64,000 nucleotides of DNA. Origin: Alphaproteobacteria bacterium (GTDB taxonomy: Bacteria; Pseudomonadota; Alphaproteobacteria; JAAXGF01). The position numbers and the translations under genes are program-made. Of this stretch, positions 56,826-64,000 are shown piece by piece. Position 1 is the first letter of the stretch. Each line of letters starts with the position of its first letter. The DNA is taken from positions 1,152,001 to 1,216,000 of the forward strand of contig CAUVXB020000001.1 of the NCBI GenBank assembly GCA_963555825.3, read 5' to 3'. The notes under the pieces are model-generated. The model made no database searches. It was not told the DNA's origin and saw only the letters and a list, made by a program, of their open reading frames with translations.

Positions 56826-58481
56826 ATGCGAAGGCTGGCACTATGGGTAGTCGCGGCGCTGATGGCGCTGACCGTCGAGGCGCGCGCGGCGCGCGACGAG
56901 CTGGTCATCGGCATGACCCAGTTCCCCGCCACCTTCAACCCGATCATCAACGCCATGCTGGCGAAATCCTACGTGCTGGCGATGACGCGCCGGCCCTTGA
57001 CCGTCTACGACCAGAGCTGGCAACTGGTGTGCATGCTGTGCACCGAGCTACCGACCATCGAGAACGGCGGCGCGCGGCGCGAGACGCTCGACGACGGCAC
57101 GGAGGGCATCGCCGTCGACTTCACCCTGCAGGCCGGCGCGACCTGGGGCGACGGCACGCCGGTGACGACCGCCGACGTCGTCTTCGGCTGGCAGGTCGGC
57201 CGCCACCCGCTGAGCGGGGTCGCCGACCGAGACTCCTACGAGCGCATCCGCGCCATCGACGTCCACGACGACAAGCGCTTCACCGTCCACCTCGATCGCG
57301 TGTTCTATGATTACGCGGCGCGCGCCTCGATACCCGTGTTGCCGGCGCATCTGGAACGCGAGGCCTTCGCCGAGCCGCGCGAATACCAGCATCGCACGCT
57401 CTACGACACCGATACCGCCAACCCCGGCCTCTACTACGGCCCCTACCGGGTCACCGCGTCGGTCTCGGGCTCGCATGTCGTGCTCGAGCCCAACCCGACC
57501 TGGTGGGGCGATCCGCCGCACTTCAAGCGCATCGTCGTGCGCGTCATCGAGAACACCGCGGCGCTCGAGGCCAATCTGCTATCGGGCTCGATCGACTACG
57601 TCGCCGGCGAGCTCGGTTTCAACATCGACCAGGCGCTGTCGTTCGAGCGCCGCCACGCGCAAGGCTTCGAGGTGCGCTACAAGCCGGGGCTGATCTACGA
57701 GCATATCGACCTCAACCTCGACAACCCGATCCTGCAGGACAGGCGCGTTCGCCGGGCGCTGCTCTACGCGATCGACCGCGAGCAGCTGGTCGCGCAACTG
57801 TTCGCCGGCAAGCAGCCGGTCGCGGCGTCCAACGTCAACCCGCTCGACCGGGTCTATTCCGACGACGTGCCGACATACCCGTACGAGCCGGCCAAGGCGG
57901 CCGCGCTGCTCGACGCGGCGGGCTGGAACGTGCTGAAGGACGGCGTGCGCCACGATGCGTCGGGCGCGCGGCTCACGCTTCAGCTCATGACGACCGCCGG
58001 CAACAAGACGCGCGAGCTGGTCGAGCAGGTGCTGCAGAGTCAATGGCGCGAGGTCGGCATCGATGTCACCATCAAGAACGAGCCGGCGCGCGTCTTCTTC
58101 GGCCAGACCATCGCGCAACGCAGGTTCCCGGCGCTCGGCATGTACGCCTGGCTGTCTTCGCCCGAGTCGATCCCGCGCACGACGCTGCATTCGGGCTCCA
58201 TCCCGACCGAGGCGAACAACTGGTCGGGGCAGAATTCGCCCGGTTTCGTCAACGCCGAGATGGATGCGTTGATCGACGAGGCCGAGGTCGAGCTCGACCC
58301 CGAGGTGCGCAAGGGGTATTGGCGCCGCATGCAGCAGATCTACGCCGAGGAGCTTCCCGTGTTGCCACTCTACTATCGCGCCACGCCCTATGTCGTGCCG
58401 ACTTGGCTCACCGGTATCGAGCCAACCGGCCATCAGGTGACGACGACGTTGTGGATCGAACACTGGCGCGCGACGCCGTAG
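56826..58481 (+). CDS. Peptide ABC transporter substrate-binding protein (family 5)
   Basis: Signal peptide; WGDGTPVTTADV, GPYRV, D.RVRRAL.YAIDR, ELPVLPLY. Confidence 0.92.
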   Translation: MRRLALWVVAALMALTVEARAARDELVIGMTQFPATFNPIINAMLAKSYVLAMTRRPLTVYDQSWQLVCMLCTELPTIENGGARRETLDDGTEGIAVDFTLQAGATWGDGTPVTTADVVFGWQVGRHPLSGVADRDSYERIRAIDVHDDKRFTVHLDRVFYDYAARASIPVLPAHLEREAFAEPREYQHRTLYDTDTANPGLYYGPYRVTASVSGSHVVLEPNPTWWGDPPHFKRIVVRVIENTAALEANLLSGSIDYVAGELGFNIDQALSFERRHAQGFEVRYKPGLIYEHIDLNLDNPILQDRRVRRALLYAIDREQLVAQLFAGKQPVAASNVNPLDRVYSDDVPTYPYEPAKAAALLDAAGWNVLKDGVRHDASGARLTLQLMTTAGNKTRELVEQVLQSQWREVGIDVTIKNEPARVFFGQTIAQRRFPALGMYAWLSSPESIPRTTLHSGSIPTEANNWSGQNSPGFVNAEMDALIDEAEVELDPEVRKGYWRRMQQIYAEELPVLPLYYRATPYVVPTWLTGIEPTGHQVTTTLWIEHWRATP

Positions 58482-58506
58482 GGGCGGGTTTGAAACCCGC
58501 CCCTAC
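58478..58506. repeat. GTAG-type REP-like palindrome
   Basis: Perfect palindrome GTAGGGGCGGGTTT-G-AAACCCGCCCCTAC; its TAG is the SBP stop codon. Confidence 0.8.
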
Positions 58507-58516
58507 CGATCCCGAT

Positions 58517-59485
58517 ATGCTGCTCGCGGTGCGCGACCTCGCGGTCGCGTTCCCGGGCGAGACCGGCGAGCACCGCGCGGTCGACGGTATCTCCTATGCG
58601 ATCGAGACCGGGCGCACACTGGGCGTGGTCGGCGAATCGGGCTGCGGCAAGACCGTCGCAGCGCTCGCGCTGATGCGCCTGGTGCCGCCGCCAGGCCGCA
58701 TCGCCGGCGGCAGCATCGTCTTCGATGGCGCCGAGATCACCGGGCTCGGGACCGGCGCGATCGAGGCGCTGCGCGGCGACCGCATGGCGATGATCTTCCA
58801 GGAACCGATGACCGCGCTCAACCCGGTCTTCCCGGTCGGCGACCAGATCGCCGAGGTGCTTGTCGCCCACCGCGGCATGGACGCGGCGCAAGCGGCCGAA
58901 CGGGCGATCGCGCTGCTCGCCCAAGTCGGCATCGCGGCGCCCGCCCAGCGCGCCAACGACTACCCGCACAATCTGTCGGGCGGCATGCGCCAGCGCGTCA
59001 TGATCGCCATGGCGCTGGCTTGCTCGCCGGCGCTGCTGATCGCCGACGAGCCGACCACCGCGCTCGACGTCACGGTGCAGGCGCAGATCGTTGAGCTGTT
59101 GCTGCGTTTGCAGGACGAGGTCGGCATGGCGATCCAGTTCATCAGCCACAGCCTTGGCGTCATTTCCGAGATCGCCGACGAGGTCGTCGTCATGTACGCC
59201 GGACGCATCGTCGAGCGCGCGCCGGCCGGCGAACTGTTCCGCGCGCCGCTGCATCCCTACACCCGGGGCCTGCTCGAGACCGTGCCGCGCATCGGCGCGC
59301 GCCTGCCGCGCCTGCCGGCCATCCCCGGCGCCGTGCCGAGCCCGGCGAGCCGGCCCCAGGGCTGCGCCTTCCGCAACCGCTGCCCCTGGGCCGAGGCACG
59401 CTGCGCCGAGTCCGAGCCGGTGCTCGAGACGCTCGCTCCGGGCCACCAGGCGGCGTGCTTCGTCGCCGCCGGGGGCGGCCCGTGA
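58517..59485 (+). CDS. Oligopeptide/dipeptide ABC ATPase (DppD/OppD-like)
   Basis: [40 protein letters not shown]. Confidence 0.93.
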   Translation: MLLAVRDLAVAFPGETGEHRAVDGISYAIETGRTLGVVGESGCGKTVAALALMRLVPPPGRIAGGSIVFDGAEITGLGTGAIEALRGDRMAMIFQEPMTALNPVFPVGDQIAEVLVAHRGMDAAQAAERAIALLAQVGIAAPAQRANDYPHNLSGGMRQRVMIAMALACSPALLIADEPTTALDVTVQAQIVELLLRLQDEVGMAIQFISHSLGVISEIADEVVVMYAGRIVERAPAGELFRAPLHPYTRGLLETVPRIGARLPRLPAIPGAVPSPASRPQGCAFRNRCPWAEARCAESEPVLETLAPGHQAACFVAAGGGP

Positions 59486-60468
59486 GCGCCGCGCCGCTGA
59501 TCGAGGCGCGCGGCGTCTCGAAGCACTTCGCGTTGCGCGGCGCCGGCCTGTTCGCGCCGCACGCCGGCACGGTCCACGCGGTCGAGGACGTCAGCCTCGC
59601 CGTGCACGCCGGCGAGACCTTCGCGCTGGTCGGCGAATCGGGCTCCGGCAAGACGACGCTGGCCCGCACGCTCGGCCTGCTGCACCGCCCGAGCGCCGGT
59701 TCCCTGCACTATGAAGGTCGAGACGTCGAAGGCATGAATAGACGCGATATCAAAGCGTTACGCCGAAACGTTCAGATTATTTTTCAAGACCCGCAGGGCA
59801 GCCTGAATCCCCGCATGACGGTCGCGGCGATCATCGCCGAGCCGTTGCGCATCCACCACATTGGCGACCGCCGAAGCCGCGCCGAATCGGTGCGCGGACT
59901 AATGGACTCCGTGGGCCTTTCGGCCGATCTCGCCGACCGCTATCCTCATGAGTTTTCGGGCGGCCAGCGCCAGCGCATCGGCATCGCCCGCGCGCTCGCG
60001 CTGGCGCCCAAGTTGGTGATCGCCGACGAGCCGGTATCGGCGCTCGACGTCTCGGTCCAGAGTCAGGTGCTCAACCTGATGCAGGACCTCAAGGAGAGCC
60101 GTGGGCTGACCTATCTGTTCATCGCCCACGACCTGGCGGTGGTCGATCACATCGCCGACCGGGTCGCGGTGATGTACTTCGGCCGTATCGTCGAGCAGGC
60201 GACCCGCGACGAGTTGTTCGCGCGGCCGAGCCACCCCTATACCCAGGCGCTGCTGCGCGCCGCGCCGACGCCCGGCGCCGGCAAGCGAAAGCCCGGTCTC
60301 AGCCTCGGCGGCGAGGTGCCCAACCCGCTCGCGCCGCCGACCGGCTGCCCGTTCCATCCGCGCTGTCCGCGCGCCGCCGACATCTGCCGCGCCACCTTGC
60401 CGCCACTCGAGCCGGTGCCCGGCGGCGACGGCCACCGGGCGGCCTGTCATTTCAAGGACGAGGGCTGA
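59482..60468 (+). CDS. Oligopeptide/dipeptide ABC ATPase (DppF/OppF-like)
   Basis: GESGSGKT, FQDPQGSLNPR, FSGGQRQR, DEPVSALDVS, GCPFHPRC. Confidence 0.93.
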   Translation: MSAAPLIEARGVSKHFALRGAGLFAPHAGTVHAVEDVSLAVHAGETFALVGESGSGKTTLARTLGLLHRPSAGSLHYEGRDVEGMNRRDIKALRRNVQIIFQDPQGSLNPRMTVAAIIAEPLRIHHIGDRRSRAESVRGLMDSVGLSADLADRYPHEFSGGQRQRIGIARALALAPKLVIADEPVSALDVSVQSQVLNLMQDLKESRGLTYLFIAHDLAVVDHIADRVAVMYFGRIVEQATRDELFARPSHPYTQALLRAAPTPGAGKRKPGLSLGGEVPNPLAPPTGCPFHPRCPRAADICRATLPPLEPVPGGDGHRAACHFKDEG

Positions 60469-60471
60469 ACG

Positions 60472-61440
60472 ATGTTGCGTTACATCGCCGGCCGCCTGAT
60501 CGAGTCGCTCGTCGTGCTCGCCGTGATGAGCTACCTGATCTATGCGCTGATCGGCCTGATGCCGGGCGACCCGATCGACATCATGGTCCAGGCCGACCCC
60601 AACCTGACGCCCGACGACGCGGCGCGGCTCAAGGCACTCTACGGCCTCGACAAGCCGCTGCACGAGCGCTACCTCAACTGGCTTGCCGCAGCCTTTCAAG
60701 GCGACTTCGGCTACTCGCGCATCAGCAACCAGCCGGTGCTCGCCACGCTCGGGCCCCGGCTGGTCAACACGCTGGTGCTGATGGGCCTTGGCTTCGTCGC
60801 CTCGCTCGCCATCGCGCTGCCGATCGGCATCTATTCGGCGCTCCGCCCCTACAGCGCGCGCGACTACGCCATCAACTTCGCGGCGCTGGCCGGCATTTCG
60901 ATTCCGGTGTTCTGGTTCGCGCTGATGCTGATCTTCCTGTTCGCCGTCGTCTGGGGGGTGCTGCCGGCCGGCGGCATGCACACGATCGGCGTCGATAGCC
61001 TGGCCGACCGGGCGCGGTACCTGGTGCTGCCCGTCCTGACGCTCAGCGCGGCGAGCGCCGGCGGCTTCACCCGCTTCATGCGCGCCTCGATGATGGAGAC
61101 GATGCGCCAGGACTACATCCGCACCGCGCGCGCCAAGGGATTGCCGGCGCGGCGCGTTGTGCTCAAGCACGCGCTGCGCAACGCGCTGATCCCGGTGGTG
61201 ACGATCGCCGCGTTGAGCTTCGGCGCGCTGTTCTCCGGCGCGTTGATCACCGAGACGATGTTCTCGTATCTCGGCATGGGCAAGCTGATCTACGACTCGA
61301 TCCTCGGCAATGACTACAACGTCGCCATGGTCAGCCTGCTGTTCGCCACGCTGCTGACGCTGGCCGCAAATCTGATCGCCGACGTCTGCTATGCCTGGCT
61401 CGACCCGCGCATCTCCTACGGCGGGGAGCGCCCGACATGA
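60472..61440 (+). CDS. Peptide ABC permease (DppB/OppB-like)
   Basis: MPGDP, GLDKPL..RY, DYIRTARAKG, HALRNAL, LDPRI. Confidence 0.93.
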   Translation: MLRYIAGRLIESLVVLAVMSYLIYALIGLMPGDPIDIMVQADPNLTPDDAARLKALYGLDKPLHERYLNWLAAAFQGDFGYSRISNQPVLATLGPRLVNTLVLMGLGFVASLAIALPIGIYSALRPYSARDYAINFAALAGISIPVFWFALMLIFLFAVVWGVLPAGGMHTIGVDSLADRARYLVLPVLTLSAASAGGFTRFMRASMMETMRQDYIRTARAKGLPARRVVLKHALRNALIPVVTIAALSFGALFSGALITETMFSYLGMGKLIYDSILGNDYNVAMVSLLFATLLTLAANLIADVCYAWLDPRISYGGERPT

Positions 61441-62360
61441 CCGCGGCGCCGCGTTCGATGACCGCGCTGACGATGCGCCGCTTTTCGCGCCACCGCATGG
61501 CGCTGGCCGGCGCGGTAGTGCTCGGGCTGCTATCGCTCGCCGCGGTGGCCGCGCCGTTGGTCGAGTTGGCGCTCGGCGTCGACGCCACCAAGGTCGACCT
61601 GCTGGCGCGCTTCGCCGCGCCCTCGGCCGACCACCCGCTGGGCGCCGATGCACTGGGCCGCGACGTGCTCGTCCGGCTGCTCTACGGCGGGCGCGTCTCG
61701 CTGCTCGTCGGCCTGATAACGGCCTTCGCCGCCGCGTTGATCGGCACGACGGTCGGCCTCGCCGCCGGTTACTACGGCGGCGCCGCCGACGCCGTGCTGA
61801 TGCGCGTCACCGACGGCGTCATCGCCCTGCCGCTGCTGCCGCTGCTGATCATCCTGGCGGCGGTCGATTTGGCCAAGATACCCGTGCTCGCGCCGATCGC
61901 GGCGAGCGAGGACGCCAGCCTCTATCGCATCATCCTGATCATCACGCTGGTCGGCTGGACGACGGTGGCGCGGCTGGTGCGCGGCGCGGCGCTGAGCTTG
62001 CGCGAACGCGAGTACGTGCTGGCCGCACGCAGCCAGGGCGCCGGCGGCTTGCGCATCATGGCGACGCATATCCTGCCCAACTGCGTCTCGCCAATCATCG
62101 TCGCCACAACGCTCTCGGTCGGCAACATCATCCTGTTCGAATCGGTGTTGAGCTTCCTGGGCCTCGGCATCCAGCCACCGATCGCGAGCTGGGGCAATAT
62201 GCTCAATAACGCCCAGGAGCTGATCTACGAGTCGCCGGCGCTGGCTTTCTACCCCGGCGTGCTAATCTTCCTCACCGTCGTCGCCTTCAACTTTCTGGGT
62301 GACGGCCTGCAGGACGCGCTCGACCCGAAGGCGGTCGACGACCCAGAGCGCTTCGCTTGA
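61437..62360 (+). CDS. Peptide ABC permease (DppC/OppC-like)
   Basis: HPLGADALGRD, EREYV.AA, HILPN, LSFLGLG, GDGLQDALDP. Confidence 0.93.
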   Translation: MTAAPRSMTALTMRRFSRHRMALAGAVVLGLLSLAAVAAPLVELALGVDATKVDLLARFAAPSADHPLGADALGRDVLVRLLYGGRVSLLVGLITAFAAALIGTTVGLAAGYYGGAADAVLMRVTDGVIALPLLPLLIILAAVDLAKIPVLAPIAASEDASLYRIILIITLVGWTTVARLVRGAALSLREREYVLAARSQGAGGLRIMATHILPNCVSPIIVATTLSVGNIILFESVLSFLGLGIQPPIASWGNMLNNAQELIYESPALAFYPGVLIFLTVVAFNFLGDGLQDALDPKAVDDPERFA

Positions 62361-62573
62361 CGCAGCGTGCCTTTTTCCGGCGCGTAATTTCGTGTTATCG
62401 CGCTAATAGGGGAGCTCACGGCGATCAGCCGCGCCGTCCGCCGCATCGCGGACCACGCGACGCGCGAGGCCGCCTTCGTTCGGCGGTTACGGGAGCAAAA
62501 CACGACAATAATGCAAGCCTGGCCCTGATATCTCTACACGCGCCGAAATTCGGTGGACCCGCGACGTCTGGGT

Positions 62574-62921
62574 TTAGTCGCCCTGCATCATAAAATGGAA
62601 GTGCAGAATTTCAGCGCCTTGCGCGAAGCCGATCGCCGCCTTCGCCCGAGCGATGGCGCGGGCGTGATCGAAGGCACCCTGGGGCTTGTCGTGATTGTGC
62701 TTGGCCGCGGCGAGGGACGCCTTGGCATCGTCGAGCAAGGCGTGGACCAGGGCCGCGTTGTCATCCGACATCTCGCCCTTCATGGCCGCCATGTCGTTGA
62801 CGACGTCGACGATCATGTCCTCCGCCTCGGCGATGTGCCGGGGACATTGGAACGCCCTAGCTTCGGACGACGCGACAACCGCGAGCACCGCCGCCGCGGC
62901 AAGAACTCCCTTAGCTCCCAT
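62574..62921 (-). CDS. Small exported helical hypothetical protein, His-rich
   Basis: Signal peptide ending ARA-FQCP; helical; several His residues. Confidence 0.6.
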   Translation of the reverse strand: MGAKGVLAAAAVLAVVASSEARAFQCPRHIAEAEDMIVDVVNDMAAMKGEMSDDNAALVHALLDDAKASLAAAKHNHDKPQGAFDHARAIARAKAAIGFAQGAEILHFHFMMQGD

Positions 62922-63024
62922 CACGACTCTCCTCACTCGATTCGTCTCGGCTGACCGTATCTCGATGTCCGGTTGGACCGAACGTTAGCACGAATCACGC
63001 CGAAATTGAGTAAACCCGCATTTC

Positions 63025-64000
63025 CCAAGTATCGTCGATATTCAGTGCGGCGAGAAGGCGATTCTGCTATAAGAATCATGAAGTTGTAGCATACATGGAG
63101 CGGCGGATATGGCACACCCGATGGGTGAATCGAAACCGGGGTGCCTTCGGGTCGTTTTTGACCGTCGATTGAAGCTTGAATTCCACGGTTCCAAGATCAC
63201 CTCTGATGCCGGGTTGCTCGCCTACCGGGAGCTTGACGATGCCCTCGGCCTGACTGAGATGGCCGAGGGTGTTTTCCAGGATAGCCGTACCGGCAAGAAC
63301 GGATGGCACGGCATGACGGGTCAGTTTCGCCAGTCCGTTTTCGGGCGCCTTGGCGGCTATGACGATGTGAACGACGCCGACCGTCTGGGACGCGATCCCG
63401 CCATGCGCTGGATTGTTGGCGGCAAGGCCATCGAAAGACAGGCCGCTTCCACCAGCCAGATGGGACGCTTCGAGACGGAGCTATTGGCCACCGACGAGAA
63501 CGTTGAAGCCTTGGTCGACATGAACGGGGTGTGGATCGACAAGGTTCATGACCGCCATCCGCCGAAGATGATCATTCTCGACATGGACAGCAGCGTCAGC
63601 CCGACCCATGGCGAACAAGAGGGAACAGCGTACAATGGTCACTTCGGCTGTACCTGCTAGCATCCGCTATTCCTGTTCAACCAGTTCGGCGACTTGGAGA
63701 GATGTTCCCTGCGCCCCGGTAATGTTCACAGTGCCGACGGATGGCGGAATGTTCTGGAGCCGGTGGTGATGCGCTATAAGGAAAGGAAGGTGCGGCTGTA
63801 TTTTCGTGGCGATGCCGCCTTCGCCTCACCGGAGATATACGAATATCTCGAAGCCGAGGGATTACTCTACGTCATCCGCCTCAAAGCGAACGCGATTCTC
63901 CAGCGGAACATTGCCCATCTGCTTACGCGACCTGTCGGTCGCCCGCCCGACCATGTTCGCCGTTTCCACGCCAGCTTCAGCTATCAGGCCGGATCGTGGA
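63025..64000 (+). mobile_element. IS1380-family element, partial (runs off the window)
   Basis: Lower GC; probable left end near CCAAGTATCGTCGATATTCAG; transposase FDRRLKLEFHGSKITSDAGLL, GYDDVND, LDMDSS, LRPGNVHSA, FRGDAAF. Confidence 0.9.
63109..64000 (+). pseudogene. IS1380 transposase interrupted by an in-frame TAG at 63658-63660
   Basis: YNGHFGCTC*HPLFLFNQFGDLERC: the frame continues after the stop, where the family motif has Tyr (CYHPL). Confidence 0.85.

Overview
High-GC window whose gene order points to an alphaproteobacterium. It holds three core clusters: erpA/dgt-argS-SPOR-nagZ-scpAB-tatABC-serS-surE-pcm-LysM/M23; yajC-secDF-Mth938; and pcm2-tolC-popZ-valS beside tRNA-Cys. Accessory genes lie between them: a Fur-boxed Fe3+ ABC permease/ATPase, PadR plus a degenerate NUDIX, a tandem pair of exported caspase-family proteases, TRAP and peptide ABC transporters, MlrC, IlvD and a Tat-exported agmatine-deiminase-like protein. 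Mobile DNA is one complete IS630 with a -1 frameshift and a partial IS1380 with a nonsense codon. The least explained features are: (1) a dispersed three-hairpin element in three copies between convergent genes, carrying 7, 3 or 1 units of a 20-bp repeat, with the IS630 inserted inside the single unit; (2) a second ~270-280 bp cruciform element in two copies whose stems differ but whose junction 15-mer and loop motifs are conserved; (3) the two periplasmic caspase-like paralogues with different C-terminal modules, one CpoB/YbgF-like TPR and one cut by an in-frame TGA. All assignments come from motif recognition by eye; no database searches were run.
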